Below are positions 12,961-26,343 of a DNA stretch of 64,000 nt, one piece after another; positions within the stretch are counted from its first letter, which is position 1, and every line of letters begins with the position of its first letter. The position numbers and the translations under genes are program-made. The notes under the pieces are model-generated. The model was given only the letters and a program-made list of their open reading frames with translations, searched no databases and was not told where the DNA came from. This stretch comes from Macrostomum lignano (Eukaryota), in assembly GCA_002269645.1 (NCBI GenBank), contig NIVC01001575.1, positions 246,232 through 310,231 of the forward strand. Reading direction: 5' to 3'.

Positions 12961-14000
12961 CGAGGGGTGTCCCAAAAGTTCCCGGAATGTCTAACGTAGC
13001 TCTTCAACGGAGCCATGATGTTTCACGCCCTTGGTGTCAAGTGAAAGGAAGTTTTGTCACGAAGAAAATGAAGTTAAAAGCATGTTGATATCTGTTTTTA
13101 TTCAGGAGCTGCAGCAAGAAACGTGCGCAAAGGTCAGGGGTACTGTTACACAACCTCACATATCACTGAAAATAATTTTTCATCTTCGTTTTTGGATATT
13201 TTCATTTTGAATTCGTGCTATACTAACGTCTCAGAAAGACGTGGTAGTGTCTATGGAAAAAACAGAAATTCTCATTAAGCTAATCTGAGCTTTTGCGCGA
13301 GTGCAGATAATTCTTACCAAGTGCTTGCTTTCAACTTGAAATCTCTTTGCCAAATTGGGTTCTCTTCAGAGCCTCGAAAGTCAGCGAAGTCAAGTTTTTG
13401 TCCTTTGGTCAGTAGGATGGAGTGGGGCCAAGATTTCTGACCACTTATTCTCCATCCATGGTAAGAAAAGCCTGAAAAAACTGCCATTTACGAATGGATC
13501 GAACGCTTTAGAGACGGTCCAGAAAATTCGTAGCCGGTGTTCCAGAACCGCAGTGAACTTGAAGGCTTCACTCGTCGCGTCATCCTGCATCATGAAATGC
13601 CTCGAACTGTTTTTGCCCAGGCCATCGACGGCATGCTTTCAAAGTGGCAGAGGTGTATTCAGCTGAATGGGGACTACGTGGAGAAGCCGCAGGCTGAGCT
13701 TGACGATTCGCTTTGAATTTTGAATCGGTGCATGTCCCAAGGATTCATCAACGGTATGAAATGTTCTGTGTTTTATTGTTTAAAATCATTGCCATAGATT
13801 TTTGAGGTTGTGTAACAGTACCCCTGACCCCTGCGCACGTTTCTTGCTGCAGCTCCTGAATAAAAACAGATATCAACATGCTTTTAACTTCATTTTCTTC
13901 GTGACAAAACTTCCTTTCATTTGACACCAAGGGCGTGAAACATCATGGCTCCGTTGAAGAGCTACGTTAGACATTCCGGGAACTTTTGGGACACCCCTCG
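12961..14000 (+). mobile_element. Internally deleted mariner (Tc1/mariner) element with ~198-bp TIRs
   Basis: TA on both flanks. Near-perfect TIRs 12961-13158 and 13803-14000 begin CGAGGGGTGTCCCAAAAGTT. Transposase remnants KTAIYEWIERFRDG (HTH) and AIDGMLSKWQRCIQLNGDYVEK (mariner C-terminus). Confidence 0.88.
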
Positions 14001-16616
14001 TAATTTTGAGAACATGGTGCGAATAATCCGACCTCGAATTTCTATAGCATAGTTGCTGTACTATATTGGTTTTAAATTGCCGCCGTCTGATTTCGCTGCT
14101 TTCGGGTTGAAAAATCGATCAGAAATCGATAATTAGTGATTTTTTGGCTGATTGGGTGCCCGAAAAATGAATGAATAAAATTTTAAAAGAATGCTAGATC
14201 AAAGGCGGATACCGCAACGAGTTGTACTAATGTCTGGCTAAAATTGACTAAGTTGTTAAAAGTCTGCTCCAAGTGCTCATGTGTCAAAAGTGATTGGAAA
14301 TCGATCAGAGTAGTGATTTTTAAATGTTTTGCTTGAAATCAGGCAAAAATACGCAATGGGACGGCATTATTTTTATGACGGCTGATTTCCCACATAACGA
14401 TCGGCATATTTACAGTGTGCAATTTCTGGAGATTCGGTTCATTGGGTAAAAAATTATTGATAAAAAACTTGTTTACTTGTGACACTTTTGTTACTTCCGG
14501 GCTAATTAACCGGGAAATGGTAGGAATTTTGCACTGAAACCAATGCACACGCCGGGGGAGCTTGTCGGGGAATACTCCCCGGGGAATTGGACCGGGGACC
14601 CTGGGGAGAAAAAAGTATTAAAAAATGTATTTGTAACTTAATTTTTGCCGTTAAAATAAGAAAATGATTCACAGACAGCTGATTGAAACTCTGTCTATGC
14701 TATTTTACCGCATAACTGCTTAATTTCAATGTTTTACATGTATTTCAAACACAACACACGTTTAAACGTTTTTCACTACCAGTCTTTCAATCAAGGAAAT
14801 TGCACGTAGAAACCCGTCAGGAAAAAGAAGCCTCACTGACTACTGAGTTGGTCTGCGTTGACGGCTTGACGCATTTGACGACGCAGGCGCAGCGCTGCGT
14901 CCTGCGTCAGTCACTGACGCATGGGGGGTGTCATACATATACTCCCAATTGGACAAGAACAAAATGGTGATTTATAACTGTATTTTCCGCCTCCGGAGTC
15001 TGGACTCTTTCTGACAAAGGTGCGCGCACGATTTCGTGATGCCACGTTGTCAAATACAGTTTTAAAAAACATTGTTTTTACCCTTGCGCCTTGAACATGT
15101 AGTACAAAGCTTAAATCAAAGTTTAAAAAATTCCACTTACGAATCTAAGTTATCCGCCGTTTTTACTTATCTTTTCTTTTCCCCGGGGCCCCAGGGGTCC
15201 CCAGGGAATGACAGTAAATTCCCCGGGGTCCCCGATAAGATAATTCCCTGGGGAATCGACATCCCTATTCACTTCCTAAAAATCATTCGACGTTAGAGAC
15301 ATCTTACAATGACTCTCCCCCTACTTTATCTATTAGGCTAACTTTATGTATGACACGACACAAAATATTAGGAGCATCAGCGTTAATAATGCCTTGGAAG
15401 TTTTTAAATAATCGATACAACACTAGGTATTATAAAATTCCAACCCCAAAGCTCACTGGGGCGACAAGACTTTGTCTTCATTAACTAGTGCTTTATGTAT
15501 AATATGCTATAAATTTTATTGGTTTAATCAATAATCAATCAATAGTCTAGTCATTTTATATATATATATTTTAAGTACTAGTAATTTATATAAACTAAAT
15601 TTAGTTTAAAATCTGTTTAAAAAAAGAATTTGTTGCCTATATTTTCTTATATTGTGTTTAACTTTTGTTAATACTTTTAAACTTTTTAGCTTGTTCAAAA
15701 CACTTCGCGTTTAAATTTACCCACATTTTTGTAAGTTCTTATTTAAAATGACCAAACACAACACTAAGATAGTGAAAGTGCTGTGTCTGTTACTAGGCCC
15801 CACTTTTGCTGTGGTTGATTAGTTTTAGCATGTTTGTGAGCGAATCTAGGATTTTAAATTTTAGTGATGTAACATTACGTAAATTCTACTACTACATACA
15901 CTAAATGTGACAACTCAATTTTTAAAAATTTGTTTGTACACGTGGGTTGGGTGTGCAAGCACCAACCAGTGTACTTCTAAAGTAATTCACTTCACTGTTC
16001 TGCTTATTGTTTAGGTTTTTAAAAACGTTTTTAAATTTATATGCTGGCTTAAATTCTTAACAGCTTTCCCAATGTCAATCTAGTTTTTTGGGCCATATGG
16101 GGTTTTTGGCCCCTTGAAAATTTCATTGGCAACTGGATTTTAGGCATCAGAGGCCAATCTAGCAATTTCACTTTCTCTGTGCCAGTTACCAATTAAAAAA
16201 ACTGATTTTGTAAGTGTAAAAAAAAGTGCCATATAAAATTGATATGATGGATTGGAAATTGGAATTGTTAGTTTGTTTTTGTTTGCAGCATAGATAGATA
16301 GCAATCTTAGACTCAAGTTGAGAGAACTAATTTCTGCTTTTCAAATGTAGCCTTGGAAATAGAGGCCTATTCATTCTCAAGAATTTGGCTAGTTGCCAAT
16401 GGGAAACTGAAAATAGCCATTGGCAACTAGATTTTGAGCCCCAACTCAAGGCCAAGGGCCAGCAGCTGGCAAAGTTCTAGCTTTCTAACCTTAAAAAACC
16501 TAGAATTGTCAATGAAGTGTGCCTTTTTGCTCAAAACCCTTTGTTAATTTTTTGTCAAGTTAATCTCTACATATAAATATAATATGAATAAAGACTAATT
16601 ATAATCTAGGCTAGGC

Positions 16617-17176
16617 CCATAGTCAAAAAGGTGGCATAGTGTGCGCCAGAATAATTTTTTTGGGACAATTTGTGCGCCGTCTATGCGCCGTCTATGTGCC
16701 ATTTGTGCATTGTCTATGCGCCGTCTGTGTGCCACTCTTCACGAATAGAGTTTTCTAAGAAAGGCCTTTGTACAAAAAGCCTTTTTAAAATGTTATATAT
16801 ATTTTCATTTTAAACAAACTTAAATTATACCTACAAATAGAGTAATGCAAAATTGACATTTTTAGCGATAATTTATACTAATTTTATTTACTGTTAATTT
16901 TAAAGAAGCAAAAAGTTTATCATTGACTTTCTAGACTATACAAATCTCCTTTATTTTACATAAAATTGTTAATTTGCATTACAATTTTCATGCATGTCAC
17001 GGACCTTATGTGCCACAATTATGCGCCGCATGCGCTAGGGACCTTAGTGTGCGCCATGATTGTGCCCAAGTGTGCCAAGGACCCCTTGTGTGCGCCGCGC
17101 TTGTGCGCCAATGTGCGCCAAGACCCTTTGTGTGCGCGGGAATTTTCCCCCTCAGAGGCCACCTTCCTGACTATGG
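16617..17176. mobile_element. hAT-like MITE
   Basis: Imperfect TIRs CCATAGTCAAAAAGGTGGC / GCCACCTTCCTGACTATGG; 8-bp flanks GGCTAGGC / AGCTAGGC (7/8 match); subterminal TGTGCGCC repeats at both ends. Confidence 0.6.
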
Positions 17177-18274
17177 AGCTAGGCATTGTCATTGACATCT
17201 AGGTGGCTAAGCTTAGGGCTAAACATACATGCGCAACAGTTGGCCAAGTTAGCTAATTCGGCTGACCAATTTGGCAGCCAACCAAGGTAAGTTGTAAAAA
17301 TGCACACCCAAATAAATACCTAAGTAGTACTAAGTAGATGACAAGGCATTTTGCCCTAATAAGACAGTCATAATTATTCCTGCCATATGCCAAAAGTTGC
17401 AATAATTTTGCTTTAGGGTTTCTTGGCATAAACCCGATTATTACTTATCAGACAAGACCCAAAGTAGTTGGGTCAAGATGTTTGCTTTTTAGGCCTTTTT
17501 ATATACATGCCCAACCTCAAAATTTTACCCATCTAGTGTGACTTAGTTTTGTCCAAATTTTTGACTTAGTTTTTCCCAATTGCAACCTAATTTTCACTTT
17601 GTATATGACTTTTCTTGCCTTGTTCTCTTTTCTTCTCCTTTCTCTCTTCTCCCTCCTTTCTTTTCCTTTTCTCTTCCTCTCCTTTCTTTCTTCCCCCAAT
17701 CTTTCGATTTTGCAACTTATCTTGGCTAGTGGCCATTTCACCTGTCTAGTTTGGATGGGTTGGACAGGTGTTGGGCAATTATGCCTATCTATATAAAATA
17801 TGTAAGCTTTTTGTAATCATTTTGTATCATCATTATCATGTATCATTTTGTAAGCTTCCTATGAATAAACTCATTTCTGTTATTATTTATTAGGCCTGAC
17901 TTAACGTTTTTAGCATTTTTTAGATATAAAAAACAATATAAAAACAAGAAGTTATTAAAGAAATTATTAAATTCAGGCAAAATAAAAATAGAAAATGCAA
18001 AATAAACTTCTTTGTTTCAAGTCCCAAATGCTAGTTTAGGGCTAATAAACTAGAATGTTATTATTTTAATAAATGTAAATGTATTTTAATATATAAATTT
18101 AGATTTGAGTTTTCTTAAATTAGTGTAGTCTCACATCTGTACTCATACAGTCAGTTTACAAACTGGAGCACAAAAGGTTAACTGCTTGGTGCCCTGCTTC
18201 CTTTCACATTTGATGCTGTTGTTGCAGTTTCTCAGAAGCACTATTATCAACTCTCTGTCTAAGCTGAAGCAGTC

Positions 18275-19033
18275 ATGACTCAATACACCGCCGCCAGTGT
18301 TAGGCAAAGCTTCATCGACTTCTTTGCCCAGAAGCACAAGCACACCTATGTGCACTCATCGTCGACTATTCCATATGACGATCCAACCCTGCTGTTTACC
18401 AATGCTGGCATGAACCAGTACAAGCCTATCTTCCTGGGCACAGCCGATCCCAACTCTGACATGGCCAAATGGACGAGGGCTGTTAATTCCCAAAAGTGCA
18501 TTAGAGCAGGCGGCAAGCACAACGATTTAGACGATGTTGGTAAAGATGTTTATCATCACACTTTCTTTGAGATGCTGGGCAATTGGTCGTTTGGCGATTA
18601 TTTCAAATTGGAAGCTTGCACCTGGGCCTGGGACCTGCTCACTAACGTCTGGGGCTTGCCCAGGGATCGTCTGTACGTCACTTATTTTGGCGGCAACGAG
18701 GCCCAGGGCCTGCCATCCGATGAGGAGGCTCGCGACATCTGGATCAGCTTGGGCCTGCCGCCTGACCGAGTGCTGCCATTCGGCATGAAGGACAACTTCT
18801 GGGAGATGGGCGAGACTGGACCATGCGGTCCCTGCTCCGAGATTCACTTCGATCGGATTGGAGGCGGTAGAAATGCCGCGGATCTTGTCAACATGGACGA
18901 TCCGGACGTGTTGGAGATTTGGAATCTCGTATTTATCCAGTTTAATCGCGAGCCAGATGGCAACCTGAGATTGCTGCCTAATAAGCATATTGATACCGGC
19001 ATGGGAATGGAGCGAATTCTCTCTGTGCTTCAG
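18275..19033 (+). CDS. AARS1: Alanyl-tRNA synthetase (cytosolic type), first coding exon
   Basis: Canonical AlaRS motifs: [99 protein letters not shown]. Donor CAG/GTGTGT after 19033. Confidence 0.95.
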
Positions 19034-19156
19034 GTGTGTTGAACATCTTTTTTGTGTCTTCTCGTAGTTGAAATGACTAAATTGACACAATCATTTCTCA
19101 CTTATTATTCCGTGCCACTAACCTTAGCTATCTTTGTCTAATTACGGTTTATCAAT

Positions 19157-19535
19157 TTTCCCTGTAAATACCCTCCATGTCATCCCTGTAAATACCCTCC
19201 ATGTCATCCCTGTAAATACCCTCAATGTCATCCCTGTAAATACCCTCCATGTCATCCCTGTAAATACCCTCAATGTCATCCCTGTAAATACCCTCCATGT
19301 CATCCCTGTAAATACCCTCAATGTCATCCCTGTAAATACCCTCCATGTCATCCCTGTAAATACCCTCCATGTCATCCTGTAAATACCCCTATGTCATCTC
19401 TTTAAATACCCCTATGTTATCCCTGTAAATACCCTCCATGTCATCCCTGTAAATACCCTCCATGTCATCCCTGTAAATACCCTTCATATCATCCCTGTAA
19501 ATACCCCTGTCATCTCTTTAAATACCCCGTCATCC
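19157..19535. repeat. 24-bp minisatellite (CATCCCTGTAAATACCCTCCATGT) in AlaRS intron 1
   Basis: Tandem units visible. Confidence 0.92.
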
Positions 19536-19612
19536 TTGTCCCTCCATTCGAACCAAATTGTCTGCAGCCCATATGCATTACCCATCTATCTAGTCGATTC
19601 CACAACCCGCAG

Positions 19613-19728
19613 GGCCACCGATCCAACTACGACACCGACGCATTCCAACCGCTGTTCGCCGCCATCGAGAAGTTCACCGGCAGCCGGCCCTATTCTGGCC
19701 GGGTGGGCGCCGAAGACACCGACGAGTT
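19613..19728 (+). CDS. AARS1: Alanyl-tRNA synthetase exon 2 (runs into assembly gap)
   Basis: Acceptor CCGCAG/; phase-0 continuation [38 protein letters not shown] matches the AlaRS SNYDTD motif. Confidence 0.9.
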
Positions 19729-20643
19729 NNNNNNNNNNNNNNNNNNNNNNNNNNNNNNNNNNNNNNNNNNNNNNNNNNNNNNNNNNNNNNNNNNNNNNNN
19801 NNNNNNNNNNNNNNNNNNNNNNNNNNNNNNNNNNNNNNNNNNNNNNNNNNNNNNNNNNNNNNNNNNNNNNNNNNNNNNNNNNNNNNNNNNNNNNNNNNNN
19901 NNNNNNNNNNNNNNNNNNNNNNNNNNNNNNNNNNNNNNNNNNNNNNNNNNNNNNNNNNNNNNNNNNNNNNNNNNNNNNNNNNNNNNNNNNNNNNNNNNNN
20001 NNNNNNNNNNNNNNNNNNNNNNNNNNNNNNNNNNNNNNNNNNNNNNNNNNNNNNNNNNNNNNNNNNNNNNNNNNNNNNNNNNNNNNNNNNNNNNNNNNNN
20101 NNNNNNNNNNNNNNNNNNNNNNNNNNNNNNNNNNNNNNNNNNNNNNNNNNNNNNNNNNNNNNNNNNNNNNNNNNNNNNNNNNNNNNNNNNNNNNNNNNNN
20201 NNNNNNNNNNNNNNNNNNNNNNNNNNNNNNNNNNNNNNNNNNNNNNNNNNNNNNNNNNNNNNNNNNNNNNNNNNNNNNNNNNNNNNNNNNNNNNNNNNNN
20301 NNNNNNNNNNNNNNNNNNNNNNNNNNNNNNNNNNNNNNNNNNNNNNNNNNNNNNNNNNNNNNNNNNNNNNNNNNNNNNNNNNNNNNNNNNNNNNNNNNNN
20401 NNNNNNNNNNNNNNNNNNNNNNNNNNNNNNNNNNNNNNNNNNNNNNNNNNNNNNNNNNNNNNNNNNNNNNNNNNNNNNNNNNNNNNNNNNNNNNNNNNNN
20501 NNNNNNNNNNNNNNNNNNNNNNNNNNNNNNNNNNNNNNNNNNNNNNNNNNNNNNNNNNNNNNNNNNNNNNNNNNNNNNNNNNNNNNNNNNNNNNNNNNNN
20601 NNNNNNNNNNNNNNNNNNNNNNNNNNNNNNNNNNNNNNNNNNN
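19729..20643. other. Assembly gap (915 N)
   Basis: Run of N. Confidence 1.
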
Positions 20644-20654
20644 GCCGATCCAGT
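20644..20654 (-). CDS. SLC16/MCT-like transporter, start of exon 2 (runs into gap)
   Basis: Minus-strand acceptor TTGCCCTGCAG/ACTGGATCGGC. With the phase-1 end of exon 1 it reads Q-N-W-I-G, the WIGS motif expected next in MCTs. Confidence 0.6.
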
Positions 20655-20689
20655 CTGCAGGGCAATGCGTTGTTCTGAAGTCTTGATTG

Positions 20690-21156
20690 TATCTGACTCT
20701 TACTTGAGTCTGATTCTTACATGAGTCTGACTCTTTCAATTATCCTGACTATTACTTGAGTCTGACTCTTACAGTTTGCCTGACTCTTACTTGAGTCTGA
20801 CTCTTGCAATTATGCTGACTCTTACTTGAGTCTGACTCTTACTTGAGTCTGACTCTTACTTGAGTCTGACTCTTACTTGAGTCTGACTCTTACAGATATG
20901 CCTGACTCTTACTTGAGTCTGACTCTTACAGTTATGCCTGACTCTTACTTGAGTCTGACTCTTACAGTTATGCCTGACTCTTACTTGAGTCTGACTCTTA
21001 CTTGAGTCTGACTCTTACTTGAGTCTGACTCTTGCAATTATGCCTGACTCTTACTTGAGTCTGACTCTTACTTCAGTCTGACTCTTACTTCAGTCTGATT
21101 TTACTTGAGTCTGACTCTTACTTGAGTCTGACTCTTACTTGAGTCTGACTCTTACT
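20690..21156. repeat. 17-bp minisatellite (CTGACTCTTACTTGAGT)
   Basis: Tandem units with interspersed variants. Confidence 0.9.
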
Positions 21157-21775
21157 CGTGAAGTAAAACATGCTACTTTAGTCGTCCTTATGTACTGCCT
21201 GTTAAGATATATTTGGCAACACATTTTATTAAATAGTATCACTGAAGCTCCAAGCTCTATCACCAGTGAAACTGCATCAGTTGGATGGAGCTTGGTCTGC
21301 ATCCCCAGCATCTCTCTACTCACTAGTGGCCTCTTAGCGTTTTCCTTTTCAATCATTTGCCCCCCTCCCACGTAAAGCCAGTGCTGAGTGCTTTTAGACA
21401 AGCGAGCAGAGGCTCGAAGCCTGCATTGCATTCACCTGCATCGGCTGCAGGTAGGGGGACAGATCTGCTACAGCTGGAAACTATCGAGCTGCATGTCTAT
21501 ATGCTCTGGCATTATTCTTCCACTTTTTTGGTATCCCATTTTGTCCGGGAAACTCCGAACTCCACTTTGTCACTGTCAGTGTCAGAGTTCGTTTAGGCTA
21601 AGGAGGGAGTTGACTGAGCTGGACAAACAGAACAGCGTGTTGCTTGCAGGCGAATGAAATAAGAGTGAGATCGCGGCTTTTTTAATTTATAATGCATCTT
21701 GTGACTTCATTAGTGAGCTTATGTGTTGAGTTGATGAGTTTGTAGGTTTAGGATTTTTCCATGAGTGAGTTCACG

Positions 21776-23400
21776 AGTGACTGACTCAATTTAATGAGTG
21801 ACTGACTCAATTTGATGAGTGACTGACTCAATTTAATGAGTGACTGACTTAATTTAATGAGTGACTGACTCAATTTGATGAGTGACTGACTCAATTTAAT
21901 GAGTGACTGACTCAATTTAATGAGTGACTGACTTAATTTAATGAGTGACCGACTCAATTTAATGAGTGACTGACTCAATTTAATGAGTGACTGATTCAAT
22001 TTAATGAGTGACTGACTCAATTTAATGAGTGACCGACTCAATTTAATGAGTGACAGACTCAATTTAATGAGTGACTGACTCAATTTAATGAGTGACTGAC
22101 TCAATTTAATGAGTGACTGACTTAATTTAATGAGTGAATGACTCAATTTAATGAGTGACTGACTCAATTAAATGAGTGACTGACTCAATTTAATGAGTGA
22201 ATGACTCAATTTAATGAGTGACTGACTCAATTTAATGAGTGACTGACTCAATTTAATGAGTGACTGACTCAATTTAATGAGTGACCGACTCAATTTAATG
22301 AGTGACTGACTCAATTTAATGAGTGACTGACTTAATTTAATGAGTGAATGACTCAATTTAATGAGTGACTGACTCAATTTAATGAGTGACTGACTCAATT
22401 TAATGAGTGACTGACTCAATTTAATGAGTGACTGACTCAATTTAATGAGTGACTGACTCAATTTAATAAGTGACTGGCTCAATTTAATGAGTGACTGGCT
22501 CAATTTAATGAGTGACTGGCTCAATTTAATGAGTGACTGACTCAATTTAATGAGTGACTGACTCAATTTAATGAGTGACTGGCTCAATTTAATGAGTGAC
22601 CGACTCAATTTAATGAGTGACTGGCTCAATTTAATGAGTGACTGGCTCAATTTAATGAGTGACCGACTCAATTTAATAAGTGACTGGCTCAATTTAATGA
22701 GTGACTGGCTCAATTTAATGAGTGACTGGCTCAATTTAATGAGTGACCGACTCAATTTAATGAGTGACTGGCTCAATTTAATGAGTGACTGGCTCAATTT
22801 AATGAGTGACCGACTCAATTTAATAAGTGACTGGCTCAATTTAATGAGTGACTGGCTCAATTTAATGAGTGACTGGCTCAATTTAATGAGTGACTGGCTC
22901 AATTTAATGAGTGACCGACTCAATTTAATGAGTGACTGACTTAATTTAATGAGTGACTGACTCAATTTAATGAGTGACTGACTCAATTTGATGAGTGACT
23001 GACTCAATTTAATGAGTGACTGACTCAATTTAATGAGTGACTGACTCAATTTGATAAGTGACTGACTCAATTTAATGAGTGACTGACTCAATTTAATGAG
23101 TGACTGACTCAATTTAATGAGTGACCGACTCAATTTAATGAGTGACCGACTCAATTTAATGAGTGACTGACTCAATTTTATGAGTGAGTTCATAAGTTCA
23201 CGAGTGACCGTCGAAAATTCACGAGTGACGACTAAAATTCACGAGTGACCGACTGAAATTCACGAGTGACGACTAAAATTCACGAGTGACCGACTCAATA
23301 TCACGAGTGACTAATTTAAGTTCACGAGTGACTGATTTAAGTTCACGAGTGACTGATTTAAGTTCACGAGTGATCGACTCAATTTCACGACTGACCGACT
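21776..23400. repeat. 21-bp minisatellite (GAGTGACTGACTCAATTTAAT), grading into AAGTTCACGAGTGACTGATTT variants near 23190-23400
   Basis: About 67 tandem units in the main block; source of the 'SQSLIKL' ORFs. Confidence 0.95.
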
Positions 23401-23406
23401 CCTTAC

Positions 23407-23584
23407 TCTGCACAGCCATTGCTGTGTGGTTGTCCTGAGCCTCCAGCTTCACCACGAACACCCCGAAGCTGTAGGTGATGCCGCTGCGAACGACAGTCAG
23501 CAGCAGCACCGCCAGGCAGATCAGCCAGCCCTGCGTGCCGGTTGGCAGCTTGCGAAATCTTCGACTAAAAGCAGACACGAGCAT
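23407..23584 (-). CDS. SLC16/monocarboxylate-transporter-like MFS protein, exon 1
   Basis: GWLICLAVLLLTVVRSGITYSFGVFVVKL resembles MCT TM1 (GW....G..YSFGVF); donor CAGA/GTAAGG. Confidence 0.7.
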
Positions 23585-23884
23585 CCTGTTGCTGATGAAT
23601 GAAAGCCGATCAGTCAGTCAGTTTCAGTTGGTCGGGTATATCTGCAATGCAAATCCAGTTGTAGACCGGCTGACACACCAATTTCTATGGAAAGTAGGCT
23701 TACTTTGGTCTTCTTAGTTGCGAGTATCTTGTTGTCAAGGCTTTATGAAGATACCCGCACTGGGGAATGGTTAGAGTCCGCTTTCTCTATCTTAAGCGAT
23801 TTACGACAGTTTAAATTGTATTACCTGGTATTGTTTACTCTTCTAGATATTACTCTCAAAATCTCCCTTATTCTGCAATAATAC

Positions 23885-24600
23885 CAATCTCTAATCCCAC
23901 CCAATCTCTAAACTCATAACTCACCCCATTCCTTAACTCTTAACTCGCCCCATCTGTAATCTCACCCAATCTCTAATCCCACCTAATCTCTAATCTCACC
24001 CAATCTCTAATCTCACCCAATCTCTAATCTCACCCAATCTCTAATCTCACCCAATCTCTAATCCCACCCAATCTCTAATCCCACCCAATCTCTAATCTCA
24101 CCCAATCTCTAATCTCACCCAATCTCTAATCTCACCCAATCTCTAATCTCACCCAATCTCTAATCTCACCCAATCTCTAATCTCACCCAATCTCTAATCT
24201 CACCCAATCTCTAATCTCACCCTATCTCTAATATCACCCAAACTGTAGTCTCACCCAATCTCTAATCTCACCGCCATCTGTAATCTCAACCATACTGTAA
24301 TCTCACCCTATCTGTAAACTCACCGCCATCTGTAATCTCACCATATCTCTAATTTCACCGCCATCAGTAATCTCAACCATACTGTAATCTTACCCTATCT
24401 GCAAACTCACCGCCATCTGTAATCTCACCCCATCTGTAATTTCAACCATACTATAATCTCACTCTATCTGTAAACTCACCGCCATCTGTAATCTCACCAC
24501 ATCTGTAATCTCACCCATCTGTAAACTCACCGACATTTCTAATCTCACCCAATCTCTAATCTCATCCAATCTCCAATCTCACCTTATCTGTAATCTCACC
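23885..24600. repeat. 17-bp minisatellite (CCCAATCTCTAATCTCA) and degenerate derivatives
   Basis: Tandem units visible. Confidence 0.9.
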
Positions 24601-24756
24601 CAACCTGTACTCAAACTTATCTCTCTCAAACCTCAATTCCTCCACCTCTTTCATCTCTCCCAGTCTTGTCCTCTACAATCTCATTTTTCTGATCCAAAAT
24701 GTCCACAAGGTCCGAAATGGTCGAATGAGGCTCGATTATGATAGGGAGTGATGGAA

Positions 24757-25780
24757 TGTTAGGATCAGACGGAGTTGAAGACAAGGGGATTATGAAAGTT
24801 ACACTGGAGCGTTACCTAGTAATGGTAACTCATGCCAAAAAGTCCTTATTAGAGCGAACTGCTAGTTGCAAGCATTTAACCCTAACCGTAAGGTATCAGT
24901 ACAGCTAATTTGCATCCCGGACTCAAGGCAACTCCTTCAGCTGACCTTCTTGCCGATGATGGACTAAAAGGTTCCCAAACCCGATGGCTGCAGCGTATAT
25001 AAAGATCGCAGAGAGCCAGAAAAAAGGGGAGAATTGTGAAAGCGCGGACACAAAAATCAAGCCATGCAAGCTCGTTGATCGATAAAATATTTATGAGAGG
25101 TTGCGGCCCCCTGCAATCTCCCAGAGCTCGCTGTCTGCCTTCTTTGCCTCATCTCTGCTCTCCCTCTGGCCTCTCGAGTTGTCCCAGGTACAAAAAGTCT
25201 CGGCGACATCAACTGTAAATCTCGGGGATCAAAACTGGAAAGACAAGAGACGCTTGGACAGGGGGGGGGGACTGTGAGAGATATGAAGGAACCAAGGAGA
25301 TGCACGACACTCTTGAGACTTCCCCTGACCGCCAGCAATCCCCACTTGACAACCTATAAGGGGAGACGAAATGATGAGCTTTGGGCCCGGGTTGACAAGC
25401 CACAGCACCATGTTTATTGGGACCAGATTCGCTTGGGAGGGAAAAATAATAAGACCAAAATATGTTCGGAAGGTCGACAGGACAGATGTGGAGCTTCCCA
25501 AAATAAAACATCCCCCATACAAGCTCAGGAGATCTTATTTGGCTCGGATTCGGGGAAATTCACACCGCGAACTCCTGCGACAAAACTAGAGTAGGCTTAT
25601 TGATTGCCAGGGTCGCGAGTCATGCGTGAGCATAAATCTGGAATCGATTGCTAGTGTCAAATATGCTTATAAGCTCTGCCCGAAATAAACGAGACTTGTC
25701 CGACTTCCTAAAGAACACTGGATTTAAGTTGAGTTCCAACCTTCAATCTTAATTTTCAAGTTCTCATTCTGCAACATTTT
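24757..25780 (+). mobile_element. Possible LTR-like segment
   Basis: Begins TGTTAGG; TATATAAAG near 24996; AATAAAC near 25685. No TSD or partner LTR found. Confidence 0.25.
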
Positions 25781-26343
25781 TCCAAGTTGATCAAACTGAA
25801 TTTTTACGCTTTTATCGGGTATTACGTTTCAACACAAGTAGGCCTTGTTCGATTTCATAGGAAGTTGTCAGTTTGTGTGCATGGAACAATAAAATAATGA
25901 GCAAATAAAGCAAAAGGAAATTGAGCTCCAGGACTTACCGGTGGTAACAATTGTTCGGCCCAAACTTGATCAACGCGATTGTGAAAGCACTGCTCCTTTT
26001 CCACGATCAGCAAACTCTCTTAAGCTTGCCTAGAGCAGTTGAATGTTCCGCATGAGACGCTGACAGTGCTTGGGATTTGAGATGCGGTTTTTTGGCGGAG
26101 GGGGGCTGGAGGGGGGAGGCCTCCGGACTCTGCAGCGGGTTATGGTGGCGGCAGCGAATCGCTGGGCCAAGATGAGCGGTTGGACGACTTCGCGTCGGCC
26201 ATTCCTCGGGCGTCAGCTCGGCTGCCTCCCCGACTTGGCCACAAAGCTTTCTTCTTGGCACCAGCTCATCTTTCCTTCTCTCTCTCTCTTTCTCTCACAG
26301 ACAGTTTAGCAGGAAATTCAGTCGAAAAATCCGTCACGAAAAA

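Noticed and set aside
14540-15270. Possible hAT MITE with CCCCGGGG repeats
   Set aside because: Only one recognisable terminus (GACATCCCTA) and no TSD; too weak to call.
19536-20739. ORFs spanning X runs
   Set aside because: Artefacts of the N gap.
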